This document shows, in pieces, positions 43,087 to 53,418 of a DNA stretch of 64,000 nucleotides. The translations under genes were made by a program, and so were the position numbers. Where the stretch lies: NCBI GenBank assembly GCA_965150505.1, contig CBCTVZ010000001.1:3488-67487 (forward strand). Reading direction: 5' to 3'. The notes below the pieces were generated by a model. That model made no database searches and had not been told where the DNA came from. It worked only from the letters and a program-made list of their open reading frames with translations. The DNA is from an uncultured Robinsoniella sp. (GTDB taxonomy: Bacteria; Bacillota; Clostridia; Lachnospirales; Lachnospiraceae). The stretch's first letter is position 1. Each line of letters opens with the position of its first letter.

Positions 43087-45921
43087 CTAATGGATATCCA
43101 AATATTTTTTTACATATTTTCCAGTGTAAGAGACAGGGTTTTCTGCCACCTCTTCCGGCGTTCCGCACGCAATCACCGTTCCTCCGCCGTCACCGCCTTC
43201 CGGTCCCATATCAATCAGATAATCTGCTGTTTTTATCACATCTAAATTATGTTCAATCACAACAACCGTATTTCCTCCAGAAGCTAATTTCTGTAAAATC
43301 TCAATCAATTTGTGTACATCTGCAAAATGAAGTCCCGTTGTCGGCTCATCTAAAATATAAATCGTCTTTCCTGTACTTCGTTTACTCAATTCTGTCGCCA
43401 ATTTCACTCTCTGCGCTTCTCCTCCTGACAGCATCGTAGAAGGCTGACCTAATCGAATATAAGACAATCCCACTTCATTCAATGTCTCAATTTTTCTGCG
43501 GATTGACGGCACATTTTCAAAAAAGTCCAAGGCTTCCTCCACCGTCATATTCAAAACATCGTATATATTTTTTCCTTTATACTTCACTTCCAAAGTCTCT
43601 CTATTGTATCGCTTTCCATGGCATACTTCACATGGCACATATACATCCGGCAAAAAGTGCATCTCAATCTTTAAGATTCCATCTCCACTGCACGCCTCGC
43701 ATCTGCCTCCTTTTACATTAAAGCTAAATCTTCCTTTTTTATATCCTTTTGCCTTGGCATCGGTTGTCGCTGCAAACAGATCTCGAATCAGATCAAAAAC
43801 TCCCGTATACGTCGCTGGATTTGAGCGTGGTGTTCTTCCAATCGGAGATTGGTCAATATCAATCACCTTATCAAGCTGTTCCACCCCTTCTATTGATTTA
43901 TAAGTCCCTGGAATCGTTCTGGCGCGATTTAATTTCTTTGCAAGCGCTTTATATAAAATTTCATTGACCAGAGAACTTTTTCCCGAACCGGAAACTCCCG
44001 TCACACAGGTCATCACGCCAAGCGGGATTTCTACGTCAATATTTTTCAGATTGTTCTGTTTTGCACCTTTGATTTTTAAAAATCCAGTCGGCTTTTTTCG
44101 CTCCTTTGGAACAGGAATCTTTCTCTTCCCAGACAGATATGCGCCGGTGACAGATGCTTCACATGCCATGATATTCTCCGCCGTTCCAGCCGCAACGACC
44201 TCTCCTCCATGTTCCCCTGCTCCCGGGCCGATATCCACGATATAGTCCGCCGCACGCATCGTATCTTCGTCATGCTCCACCACAATCAATGTATTTCCCA
44301 GTTCTTTCAGATTGTTCAATGTGTGAAGCAGTTTATCATTGTCTCGTTGATGCAATCCGATACTTGGCTCATCTAAAATATATGCCACTCCAACAAGCCC
44401 TGATCCGATCTGTGTCGCCAGACGGATACGCTGTGCCTCTCCTCCTGACAAAGTCCCTGTCGCTCTTGTCAAGGTCAGATAATCCAGTCCCACATTCATC
44501 AAAAATCCGATTCTTGCCCGAATCTCCTTTAAAATCTGATTTCCAATCATCTCCTGATATTCGCTTAGCTTCAATTCTGCTAAAAATTGATTCAGCTCTT
44601 TCACGGACATAGAAGTCAGCTCATAAATGTTTTTTCCTGCGATTGTAACAGCAAGCGCTTCTTTTTTTAGTCTCTGTCCCTTACACGTTTTGCACGGTGT
44701 AATCTGCATAAACGATTCATATTCCTGTTTCATCATATCGGACCCTGTCTCACGATAACGCCGTTCTACATTTTTAATCAGACCTTCAAATGCGACATCG
44801 TATACGCCCTCTCCTCTTTGTCCTTTGTAATATACCTTTACTTTTTTTCCATCTGTTCCATGAATCAAAATTTTTTGTACATTCTCAGGCAAATCCTGAT
44901 AAGGTGTATTCAGATCAAACTGATACTCTTTTGCGAGAGCATCCAGTATCGCTCTCGTAAAACTGCCCTGATCGGTACAAGACTGCCATCCGATTACTGT
45001 GATCGCTCCGTCTGCAATGCTAAGACTTTTATCTGGAATCATCAGTTCCTCATCAAATTCCATCTTATATCCCAGTCCATAACAGTCAGGACACGCTCCA
45101 AATGGATTGTTGAATGAAAAACTTCTCGGCTCAATCTCATCAATGCTGATTCCACAGTCAGGACAGGAAAAACTTTGACTAAAACGCAGCATCTCCTGAT
45201 CGATTACATCCACATATACAAGCCCCTCTGACAGCTCCATAACTTGTTCTATAGAATCTGCCAGACGTTTTTCAATTCCTTCTTTTACAATCAGGCGATC
45301 CACAACAATCTCAATATTATGTTTGATATTTTTATCCAGCTTAATCTCCTCTGTCAACTCATACAAACTTCCGTCAATCCGGACACGAACATACCCTTTT
45401 TTCTTCGCCTGATCTAACAGTTTCACATGTTCGCCTTTTCTGCCCCGCACAACAGGCGCTAAAAGCTGAATTTTTGTTCTCTCAGGCAGTTTCATAATCT
45501 GATCTACCATCTGGTCAACCGTCTGTTTACTGATCTCTCTTCCACATTTCGGGCAGTGTACGATCCCTACTCTCGCAAATAAGAGTCTGAAATAATCATA
45601 GATTTCTGTCACCGTTCCAACGGTTGATCTTGGATTTCTGTTTGTCGTTTTCTGATCTATGGAAATCGCCGGCGGAAGACCTTCTATACTCTCCACATCT
45701 GGTTTTTCCATCTGTCCTAAAAATTGTCTCGCATAGGAGGAAAGAGATTCCATATAACGCCTCTGTCCCTCCGCATAGATGGTATCAAATGCCAGCGAAG
45801 ATTTTCCTGAACCGCTTAAGCCTGTCAGAACTACAAGTTCATTTCGTGGAATTTCCACATCAATATTTTTCAGATTATGTTCATTTGCGCCTTTTATTTT
45901 GATCCATTGTTTTTCTGCCAT
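43087..45921 (-). CDS. uvrA: Excinuclease ABC subunit A
   Basis: [50 protein letters not shown] and a second ATPase module [10 protein letters not shown]. The likely start is ATG 45921, after GAGGAGG. The 28-aa K/R-rich extension in the ORF track is probably not translated. Confidence 0.95.
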   Translation of the reverse strand: MAEKQWIKIKGANEHNLKNIDVEIPRNELVVLTGLSGSGKSSLAFDTIYAEGQRRYMESLSSYARQFLGQMEKPDVESIEGLPPAISIDQKTTNRNPRSTVGTVTEIYDYFRLLFARVGIVHCPKCGREISKQTVDQMVDQIMKLPERTKIQLLAPVVRGRKGEHVKLLDQAKKKGYVRVRIDGSLYELTEEIKLDKNIKHNIEIVVDRLIVKEGIEKRLADSIEQVMELSEGLVYVDVIDQEMLRFSQSFSCPDCGISIDEIEPRSFSFNNPFGACPDCYGLGYKMEFDEELMIPDKSLSIADGAITVIGWQSCTDQGSFTRAILDALAKEYQFDLNTPYQDLPENVQKILIHGTDGKKVKVYYKGQRGEGVYDVAFEGLIKNVERRYRETGSDMMKQEYESFMQITPCKTCKGQRLKKEALAVTIAGKNIYELTSMSVKELNQFLAELKLSEYQEMIGNQILKEIRARIGFLMNVGLDYLTLTRATGTLSGGEAQRIRLATQIGSGLVGVAYILDEPSIGLHQRDNDKLLHTLNNLKELGNTLIVVEHDEDTMRAADYIVDIGPGAGEHGGEVVAAGTAENIMACEASVTGAYLSGKRKIPVPKERKKPTGFLKIKGAKQNNLKNIDVEIPLGVMTCVTGVSGSGKSSLVNEILYKALAKKLNRARTIPGTYKSIEGVEQLDKVIDIDQSPIGRTPRSNPATYTGVFDLIRDLFAATTDAKAKGYKKGRFSFNVKGGRCEACSGDGILKIEMHFLPDVYVPCEVCHGKRYNRETLEVKYKGKNIYDVLNMTVEEALDFFENVPSIRRKIETLNEVGLSYIRLGQPSTMLSGGEAQRVKLATELSKRSTGKTIYILDEPTTGLHFADVHKLIEILQKLASGGNTVVVIEHNLDVIKTADYLIDMGPEGGDGGGTVIACGTPEEVAENPVSYTGKYVKKYLDIH

Positions 45922-46056
45922 CTCTGCCTCCTCAAGCTGTTGCTTTTTCCTGTTCTTTCTTTTATATCTGCTTTTCTGTCTCTTTTTATGCAAAACAAAA
46001 GACAATCTATCGTATTTTTCTGTTTCTTCTCGTATCTGCTTGTTCCTTGGGTTTTC

Positions 46057-46098
46057 ATTATATCACAGATAAAAGAAAAAGTACAGAACAAAAGTTCG
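46057..46098 (-). promoter_or_regulatory. uvrA promoter (extended -10) with an overlapping LexA/Cheo-box-like site
   Basis: The minus strand reads CGAACTTTTGTTCT (46098-46085; GAAC-N4-GTTC core), then TGATATAAT (46065-46057). It lies ~135-175 nt upstream of the uvrA ATG. Confidence 0.55.
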
Positions 46099-46110
46099 AT
46101 TGTTCTGTAC
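46071..46110 (-). terminator. Rho-independent terminator after the amylosucrase-like gene
   Basis: A 10-bp stem, GTACAGAACA / TGTTCTGTAC (46081-46110). On the minus strand it is followed by TTTTTCTTTT (46080-46071). Confidence 0.6.
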
Positions 46111-46141
46111 TTAAACTTCTTATTTATGATATTTTGATCTC

Positions 46142-47992
46142 TTATCCTTGATACAGCCAGCAAAAACTGCCTGCCGGAATGAAAACAGCTTTTCCTTCTT
46201 TTTGTTCTCCCGACATGACATCCGTATATCTTCCATCTTCCTGAATCCACGCCGTTTTGTCTTCCTCTGCAAAATTAAACAGAGCAATTAATTTTTCATC
46301 TTCCAAGCTTCGCTTCACTCCTAGTATCGCATTGTCATACGTCTCCAAAAGTTCTACATCAGCCTTTCCATCAAAGACCTTATGTTCTGCGCGGAAGATC
46401 TCCATTTTCTGCAACGCATGAAAGATCTGATACTGACTTGTTCCCTCTTCCTGTATCTTTTTTTGTAAATCCCATCGAAATTTTCCACGGTGAAGGTATC
46501 TCGAATCTGTACATTTCATTGGATCTTCATGATAGCTGTAATCATTCAGCTGTCCTATTTCATCGCCGCTGTATAATACGGGAATCCCAGACTGAACCAG
46601 CAAATATGCGTGAAGCATAATCACTCGATTTACCGCTTTCTCAATTCCCTCTGCATCCTGTTCATACAAAGCTTTTTCCAGACCGCAAAGGGAGGCTGTC
46701 GTTCCGCATAATCTGGCGTCTTTACTGATTGGATCGGAATTATACAGCTCTCCGCGCCCTACACTTTCTGGATAATTTCCTGTCAGATAATCATTTAGAT
46801 ATTGTTTATGAGGAATCTCACTGATAGAAAAATTCTTGAGCCATTCATAGTCCAATCCCCAACCGATATCATCGTGACAACGGAGGTAATTTAAAAATAC
46901 ATATTGTTTCGGCAGGTGATTGACAAGATCCATCTGTCTTTTTAACAGTCGGACATCTTTTGTCGCCACGGTATGCCATGTCGTTGCCATCGTTGTAACA
47001 TTGTATAACAGATGACACTCTGGTTTCTCCACGCTTCCAAAATATGGCACGACTTTTGAAGGTTCCATCACAACTTCTCCAAGCAAAAGCACGCCCGGAC
47101 ATACAATCTCTGTCACAATTCTCATAATTCGGACAATATTGTGAACCTGAGGCAGATTCCGACAAGTTGTTCCTAACTGTTTCCAAATATAAGGCACTGC
47201 ATCTAATCTTAGAACATCAATTCCTTGATTGACAAGATATAACATATTATCAATCATCTCATTTAATACTACAGGATTCCAGTAATTCAAATCCCATTGA
47301 TACGGATAAAACGTTGTCATCACATATTTTCCAATGTCAGAAAGCCATGTGAAATTTCCAGGAGCAGTCGTCGGAAATACTTGTGGAACTGTTTTTTCAA
47401 ATTCTGCTGGGAGGTCATACGCATCATAGAAATAATACCGTTCCATATATTCCCGCTCGCCTTGCCTTGCACGCTTTGCCCACTCATGATCTTCTGATGT
47501 ATGATTCATCACAAAATCAAGGCAGACGCAAATATTTCGTTTATGACAATCCTCGGTAAGGGCTTCTAAATCTTTCATCGTGCCAAGTTCTGGCTGTACG
47601 CTTCTGAAATCTGCCACTGCATATCCGCCGTCACTTCTGCCCTGCGGAGAGGACAGAAGAGGCATCAGATGCAGATAATTCACATGACACGCTTCCATAT
47701 AGTCTAAACGTTCTTTCACGCCTTTTAAATTGCCTGCAAACTCGGCTGTATACATCATCATTCCAAGCAGATCATTCTTTTTATACCACTCCGGATTTTG
47801 TTTTCGTACTTCATCCATCTTTTTCAAATTTTGTTTTCGTACGTTATATGCTTCTCTCATAAGCAGTAATAGTTTTTCAAACTGTGTACTGCTTTCTGGA
47901 TACAGCTCCATATAAAGCCATTTTAATTCATCATAAAATATTTCCAGACGTTTCTCAAAACACTGCTCTGACTTTGTTTTTTTTGTCTCCAT
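46142..47992 (-). CDS. GH13 alpha-amylase-family enzyme, amylosucrase-like (GH13_4-like)
   Basis: DVLRLDAVPYIWKQLGTTCRNLPQVH (nucleophile region), LLGEVV (acid/base region) and NYLRCHDDIGW (region IV). The length and N-terminal helical region match my recollection of Neisseria amylosucrase. Confidence 0.7.
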   Translation of the reverse strand: METKKTKSEQCFEKRLEIFYDELKWLYMELYPESSTQFEKLLLLMREAYNVRKQNLKKMDEVRKQNPEWYKKNDLLGMMMYTAEFAGNLKGVKERLDYMEACHVNYLHLMPLLSSPQGRSDGGYAVADFRSVQPELGTMKDLEALTEDCHKRNICVCLDFVMNHTSEDHEWAKRARQGEREYMERYYFYDAYDLPAEFEKTVPQVFPTTAPGNFTWLSDIGKYVMTTFYPYQWDLNYWNPVVLNEMIDNMLYLVNQGIDVLRLDAVPYIWKQLGTTCRNLPQVHNIVRIMRIVTEIVCPGVLLLGEVVMEPSKVVPYFGSVEKPECHLLYNVTTMATTWHTVATKDVRLLKRQMDLVNHLPKQYVFLNYLRCHDDIGWGLDYEWLKNFSISEIPHKQYLNDYLTGNYPESVGRGELYNSDPISKDARLCGTTASLCGLEKALYEQDAEGIEKAVNRVIMLHAYLLVQSGIPVLYSGDEIGQLNDYSYHEDPMKCTDSRYLHRGKFRWDLQKKIQEEGTSQYQIFHALQKMEIFRAEHKVFDGKADVELLETYDNAILGVKRSLEDEKLIALFNFAEEDKTAWIQEDGRYTDVMSGEQKEGKAVFIPAGSFCWLYQG

Positions 47993-48003
47993 TTTTCTGT
48001 CCT

Positions 48004-48963
48004 TTATTTGCTTCTCTCTTCTATAAATCCTAAAATTTCCTGTTCTCTTGGCATAGAACGGATTGCGCCTTTCTTCAATGTAATCAATGCAGCGCCTGCA
48101 TTTGCAAATGTAAGCATCTCTTCCAGTTCTTTCTCTGACAAATGGTTCAAATCATGGTCCAGCAGATATCCTAAGGAACATCCGCAGAAGGTATCTCCCG
48201 CTCCTGTCGTTTCGATTGCCTTCACACAGAATCCTTTTTTTTCTACACGCATTCCTTTATAATAGGCGCAGCTTCCGTCTTTTCCTTTTGTAAGAAGAAT
48301 CAATGGAATCTGATATTTCTCCTGCAAAACGGCAATTCCTTCTTCATAATCTTCTTTTCCTGTCACGAACTGGATTTCATTATCTGAAATCTTTAAGACA
48401 TCGCACTGTGTAAAACCATATTCCATCTGCTCTTTTGCAAGCTCTAAACATTCCCAGAGAGGCTCTCTCAAATTCGGATCAAAGGAAATGATCGCTCCTG
48501 CTTCTTTTGCAGCCGATACTGCTTTTTTTGTCGCCTCTCTCACACCGTCATGCGTCATAGATAACGTACCGAAATGGAAGATTTTGGCATCTTTTATTAT
48601 GTCAAAATTAAGTTCCTCTTCTTTTAGCATCATATCTGCTCCCGGATTGCGATAAAAAGAAAACTCTCTGTCTCCATCCGGCAAAGTATGTACAAATGCA
48701 AGTGTTGTCCGTACCTGCTCGTCCATGATCAATCCTTCTGAAGAAATTCCTATTTCATCCAATGTATTTTTCAGTAACGTTCCAAACATATCCTGTCCAA
48801 CTTTGCCGATAAATGCAGTCTTTTTTCCGAGATTCTTTAACATGGCAAGTACATTACATGGCGCTCCTCCAGGATTTACTTCCAAAATCTGGTTTCCTTG
48901 TTCACTTTTTCCACTTTCCGTAAAATCAATCAAAAGCTCCCCAAGAGCTACTACATCATACAT
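48004..48963 (-). CDS. PfkB-family sugar kinase, probable fructokinase
   Basis: GGAPCNVLAMLKNLGKK, the TGAGDTFCG anion-hole motif, and its context between GH32 and GH13. Confidence 0.8.
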   Translation of the reverse strand: MYDVVALGELLIDFTESGKSEQGNQILEVNPGGAPCNVLAMLKNLGKKTAFIGKVGQDMFGTLLKNTLDEIGISSEGLIMDEQVRTTLAFVHTLPDGDREFSFYRNPGADMMLKEEELNFDIIKDAKIFHFGTLSMTHDGVREATKKAVSAAKEAGAIISFDPNLREPLWECLELAKEQMEYGFTQCDVLKISDNEIQFVTGKEDYEEGIAVLQEKYQIPLILLTKGKDGSCAYYKGMRVEKKGFCVKAIETTGAGDTFCGCSLGYLLDHDLNHLSEKELEEMLTFANAGAALITLKKGAIRSMPREQEILGFIEERSK

Positions 48964-49017
48964 CTTTTCTCTCCTTATCGCTTTCCTCTCGGCAATGGAA
49001 TAACCGAGGATTTTTTG

Positions 49018-50340
49018 TTATTCTACCGTTTCTATTATAACGCTTCCCTCTCCATGTACCTTTATTTCTTTTCCAAGGTGATATACTGCGTTTGATATGA
49101 CAGCTTCCCCATTATTTACAAACACTTCGATCAAATTTGGGTCTACATATACTTCCAATTCAAATCCATCCTCCAATTCTGGAGTGGAACATTGTGTGCG
49201 AAAATTTGGAAATTTTGTATACAATTCTTTTCTGTCTGTATAAATTTTTTTGCCATGGCGAGAGATGCGATATCCGCCAACATTGACTTCTTCTCCATCC
49301 TGTAAAGAAAAACGCAGTCGATATCCTGCCTCAGACGCTTCTTCTGGGGATGATATTTCTTTTGTATATGATTTTTGAATATTTGGATGTACGCGGAAAT
49401 AAATTTTGTCATTTTTAATCTCCACAACACGCGGAATACTCATCATTCCCTGCCATTTTCCATCTACTGGTTCCGGCATACGAAGCCATGCCATCAAAAC
49501 TCGTCTTCCTTCTTCATCTACGGTACTCTGTGGCGCATACAGATCCAATCCATAATCTAAAAACTGATATGTAGTTGGAAGCTCCATCGCACAGTTTTCT
49601 TTTTCAAAAGACACCTGCATACAGATTGCCTGATTTTCGTCATTCTTTCCATCCTTTAAAAGTCCCATCGGTGAAAAAATCACAATCTGTCTGCCGTCTA
49701 CTTCAAAGTAATCTGGGCATTCCCACATCCAGCCAAGTTCTTCTTTTGTGGATGCGCTATTTACATATTCCCAATGTTCTTTATCGGTACTTCTAAAGAA
49801 GAGTAATCTGCCTGCCCGATCTTCTATCGTGCTGCCAAGCACCATATACCATCCATCTTTTTCTTTCCATACTTTCGGATCGCGCGTATGTCTGGCATCT
49901 CCTACTTTCGGATCGTGAAGAACTGGAATCACTGTCTTTTTATCTTGGATATTGTCAAAATGAACCCCATCCTCTGAGGTGATCATCATCTGTGCAGACA
50001 CAAACTGCTCATCCAGACAAAGATTAATGTCCTCCGGATTTTCTACGACATAATTGACTCCCGTATAATATAAATATAATTTCCCATCCTCTTCAACAGC
50101 GCTTCCTGAAAAACAGCCGCTTCTGTCATCTGTCTTACTTGGAAACAAAGCGATTCCAAGGTCTTCCCAATGAACGAGATCTTTGCTGATCATATGATTC
50201 CAGTGCATTCTTCCCCATCTGGCGCTATATGGAAAACATTGATAAAATAAATGGTATGCTCCTTTATAGTAAATAAAACCATTCGGGTCGTTCATCCAGT
50301 TGTTATTCGGTTTTACATGTATTTTCTGCACCGCATTCAT
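49018..50340 (-). CDS. GH32 beta-fructofuranosidase / sucrose-6-phosphate hydrolase; no signal peptide, so cytoplasmic
   Basis: NNNWMNDPNGFIYYKGAYHLFYQ, TRDPKVW and WECPDYF catalytic motifs. Confidence 0.92.
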   Translation of the reverse strand: MNAVQKIHVKPNNNWMNDPNGFIYYKGAYHLFYQCFPYSARWGRMHWNHMISKDLVHWEDLGIALFPSKTDDRSGCFSGSAVEEDGKLYLYYTGVNYVVENPEDINLCLDEQFVSAQMMITSEDGVHFDNIQDKKTVIPVLHDPKVGDARHTRDPKVWKEKDGWYMVLGSTIEDRAGRLLFFRSTDKEHWEYVNSASTKEELGWMWECPDYFEVDGRQIVIFSPMGLLKDGKNDENQAICMQVSFEKENCAMELPTTYQFLDYGLDLYAPQSTVDEEGRRVLMAWLRMPEPVDGKWQGMMSIPRVVEIKNDKIYFRVHPNIQKSYTKEISSPEEASEAGYRLRFSLQDGEEVNVGGYRISRHGKKIYTDRKELYTKFPNFRTQCSTPELEDGFELEVYVDPNLIEVFVNNGEAVISNAVYHLGKEIKVHGEGSVIIETVE

Positions 50341-50350
50341 CCCTCACTTC

Positions 50351-50587
50351 CTATTTTACTTCAAACGGTTTTAACAGTTGTGCCGCTTCTTCTGCCTCTT
50401 CTCCGTCTGCATGAATCCGAACCATGACAGGCTCTGATAAATTGATACTAAAGATACCCATAATGGATTTTGCATCAATTACATATCGTCCAGATACAAT
50501 ATCTACATCGCAGTCAAGTTTACTGACGGTATTTACAAAGTTCTTTACGCCTTTGATCGTACCCAAAAAAATATTTATTGTCTTCAT
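50351..50587 (-). CDS. HPr-fold small protein lacking the His15 phosphorylation site
   Basis: 78 aa. IDAKSIMGIFS matches the HPr Ser46 region, but the position of GxHARP is occupied by GTIKGVKNF. Confidence 0.6.
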   Translation of the reverse strand: MKTINIFLGTIKGVKNFVNTVSKLDCDVDIVSGRYVIDAKSIMGIFSINLSEPVMVRIHADGEEAEEAAQLLKPFEVK

Positions 50588-50597
50588 GTTGTCTCTC

Positions 50598-51692
50598 CTA
50601 CATATAATTCATTTCGGTATCTTTGTCAAAGAAGTGCATCTTCGATGGTACAAATACAAATTCAATCTCATCGCCCACTTGGCTGATTTCATATTTGGAT
50701 ACTCTTGCCACTGCCTGACATCCTCCAAACTGAAAATACAGATTGTTTTCATTTCCCATCACCTCTGTATCGGTGATCACTGCTTTTTGACGGCTTTCGC
50801 CATACAGTTCCAGATTGGAGGCATCCATCTTCAGATCTTCTCCACGTATTCCAAGAATCATTTCTCCTTCTTTTCCATTCAGTTTCTTTACCACATTCTC
50901 AGATAAAGTAAATGTATTTCCATCTGCAAATGTAATCATATTTCCTTTCACTGTCACATCGAAGAAGTTCATCTGAGGAGATCCAATAAAGCCTGCCACA
51001 AATTTATTTACAGGATGATCATACAGTTCCATTGGTTTTCCTACCTGCTGAATGATACCATCTTTCATGATAACGATGCGGTCTGCCATCGTCATAGCTT
51101 CTACCTGATCATGTGTGACATAGATCGTTGTTGCTCCCAGCTCTCGATGCAGCTTACTAATCTCTGTTCTCATGCTGACACGAAGTTTTGCATCCAGATT
51201 TGATAATGGCTCATCCATCAAAAATACTTTCTGATTTTTTACGATTGCCCTTCCAAGCGCTACCCTCTGGCGCTGTCCGCCAGAGAGGTTCTTTGGTTTT
51301 CTATTACGATATTCCTGAAGTCCTAAAATGTCAATCGCCCAGTCTACTTTTTTCTTAATCTGATCGGATGGCATTTTCATATTTTTTAATCCATATCCAA
51401 TATTTTTTTCTACTGTCATATGTGGATACAGGGCGTAATTCTGAAATACCATGGCAATTCCACGATCTCTTGGAGCTACTTCATTCACTTTTTTTCCGTC
51501 GATATAAAGTTCTCCCTCTGTAATTTCCTCAAAACCTGCAATCATACGCAGTGTTGTAGATTTTCCGCAGCCGGATGGTCCTACAAACGCAATAAACTCT
51601 TTCTCATTGATTTCTAAATTAAAATCATTTACAGATTTTCTCTCTGCTCCTGCATATTTTTTTCCTATATTTTTAAATTCGATAAAAGCCAT
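50598..51692 (-). CDS. Sugar ABC importer ATP-binding protein (MsmX/MsmK/MalK type)
   Basis: GPSGCGKST, LSGGQRQRVALGRA and FLMDEPLSNLDA, plus a C-terminal regulatory/TOBE-like domain. Confidence 0.92.
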   Translation of the reverse strand: MAFIEFKNIGKKYAGAERKSVNDFNLEINEKEFIAFVGPSGCGKSTTLRMIAGFEEITEGELYIDGKKVNEVAPRDRGIAMVFQNYALYPHMTVEKNIGYGLKNMKMPSDQIKKKVDWAIDILGLQEYRNRKPKNLSGGQRQRVALGRAIVKNQKVFLMDEPLSNLDAKLRVSMRTEISKLHRELGATTIYVTHDQVEAMTMADRIVIMKDGIIQQVGKPMELYDHPVNKFVAGFIGSPQMNFFDVTVKGNMITFADGNTFTLSENVVKKLNGKEGEMILGIRGEDLKMDASNLELYGESRQKAVITDTEVMGNENNLYFQFGGCQAVARVSKYEISQVGDEIEFVFVPSKMHFFDKDTEMNYM

Positions 51693-51698
51693 AATCTA

Positions 51699-52550
51699 TT
51701 AACCCTCCTTAGAACCTGTTGAAGTTACGCCTTCTACAATCTGTTTTGAGAACAAAGCATAGATGATCATAACCGGAATCGTAATCAATGTAATGACAGC
51801 CAGTACCTGTCCCATCGTTGTATTATCGTTTGATGTGATGGAGTTCAAACCAATCTGCGCTGTCAAAAGATCGCTGGATGTAAATACGAGAGACGGCCAC
51901 AGATAATCATTCCATACACCTAAAAAAGTAAAGACGCTTACCGTTGCAACTACTGTTTTAGACATTGGCAAAACCATAGTGAAAAAGTATTTCACTGGTC
52001 CGCAAAAATCAAGCTGCGCCGCTTCATAGATATCATCCGGCAAGCTGACAAATACCTGTCTGAATAAAAAGATATTAAACGGATTTACGATCATCGGCAA
52101 AATATAACCGATTACTGTATTTAAAAGACCTGCCTTTGCAATAATCAGGAAATGAATCGTGATAACAGTCTCCGTCGGCACGATCAATAACATCATGATA
52201 ATCAAAAGCCATTGCTCTCTAAATGGAAACTTGATTTTTGCAAGCGCATAGCCTGCCAGACCGTTTACAACAATTCCAAGTACGATCAAAACTGCTGCAT
52301 AGCCTAACGTGTTCAGCATATAGCGAAGAAAGTTTGTATCAGTAAGGATTGTGATATAGTTCTCAAAATAATTTCCCTTCAAAGCCGGCGGAATAAATGC
52401 CGCCAGTGAGTTCATGTCTGCGGTGATCGCCGCATCTGGTTTAAAGGAGTTTGCAATCATCCAGATCACCGGAAATAAGAAAAATATAGATAATGCTAAA
52501 AGAAAGATAATCAAAATCCAATTAAATGTTTTTTGCTTTTTTGTTAACAT
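51699..52550 (-). CDS. Carbohydrate ABC transporter permease (MalG/UgpE-like)
   Basis: Six TM segments and an EAA-like loop YEAAQLDFCGPVKYFFTMVLP. Confidence 0.85.
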   Translation of the reverse strand: MLTKKQKTFNWILIIFLLALSIFFLFPVIWMIANSFKPDAAITADMNSLAAFIPPALKGNYFENYITILTDTNFLRYMLNTLGYAAVLIVLGIVVNGLAGYALAKIKFPFREQWLLIIMMLLIVPTETVITIHFLIIAKAGLLNTVIGYILPMIVNPFNIFLFRQVFVSLPDDIYEAAQLDFCGPVKYFFTMVLPMSKTVVATVSVFTFLGVWNDYLWPSLVFTSSDLLTAQIGLNSITSNDNTTMGQVLAVITLITIPVMIIYALFSKQIVEGVTSTGSKEG

Positions 52551-53418
52551 GTTTATCCCCCTTTCCTTTTGTCAGCACATTCTGAATAATGGTCAGAATC
52601 ACCACAAATACAGTAAATACGATTGCCATAGTGGACGCAAGTCCCATCTCCCAGTTCATCGTACCGGTCTCATAAATATCATAGACAAGCGTATACGTCG
52701 AGTGATCTGGTCCTCCTCCTGTCATAACCATCGGCTGTACCAGCATACGGAACGCGCCAATCGTTACCGTAATAAATACAAATACGCAAAGCGGTTTCAG
52801 TTCTGGAAGCGTAATATCTTTAAATTTCTGCCATGCGCTTGCATGATCTAATTCTGCCGCTTCGTACAGCGCCGGATTGATATTTTGAAGTCCGCCAAGG
52901 AAAATAATCATCTGATATCCAACGCCTTGCCAGATACTCATTACGGCAATAGACGGAAGCGCCTGTTTTGCACTGTGTATAAAAGGCTGCGCATCAATTC
53001 CGATCTGTGACAGCATCGTATTTAAAATTCCTTCCGGACTGTAAATGTCCATCCACAAAGTCGATACGACTGCAAGAGACATTACAACCGGTATAAAGAA
53101 AGCTACTTTAAAATATTTCTTGCAATGTGTCACCTTATTGATTCCAAGTGCAAGAAGCAATGCGCCGATACACTGACACGGAACAATAATCAGTACAAAT
53201 TTTACGGTATTAAAAAATGCTTTTAAAAAAAGTTCGTCTTTAAAGATATTTGCATAATTCTTCAATCCAACAAAGCTTGTCGCGTCTGGATTCAGCGCAA
53301 AGTAATCTGTAAAGCTAAAAACCAAGGTAAGCACCATCGGCAAAAACAAAAATAAGGTAAGCAGTATCAGCGCTGGTCCAAAAAACGCCATTCCTAAAAT
53401 TGATTCTTTTTTCTTCAT
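52522..53418 (-). CDS. Carbohydrate ABC transporter permease (MalF/UgpA-like)
   Basis: Six TM segments and an EAA loop YEAAELDHASAWQKFKDITLP. Confidence 0.85.
   Translation of the reverse strand: MKKKESILGMAFFGPALILLTLFLFLPMVLTLVFSFTDYFALNPDATSFVGLKNYANIFKDELFLKAFFNTVKFVLIIVPCQCIGALLLALGINKVTHCKKYFKVAFFIPVVMSLAVVSTLWMDIYSPEGILNTMLSQIGIDAQPFIHSAKQALPSIAVMSIWQGVGYQMIIFLGGLQNINPALYEAAELDHASAWQKFKDITLPELKPLCVFVFITVTIGAFRMLVQPMVMTGGGPDHSTYTLVYDIYETGTMNWEMGLASTMAIVFTVFVVILTIIQNVLTKGKGDKHVNKKAKNI

Noticed and set aside
45922-46005. The 28-aa Lys/Arg-rich N-terminal extension of UvrA implied by the ORF-track start, and the overlapping 118-aa ORF at 45894-46250.
   Set aside because: A strong RBS (GAGGAGG) precedes Met29, which begins the conserved UvrA N-terminus. 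The region upstream contains the promoter, LexA-like box and terminator. The extension is low-complexity.
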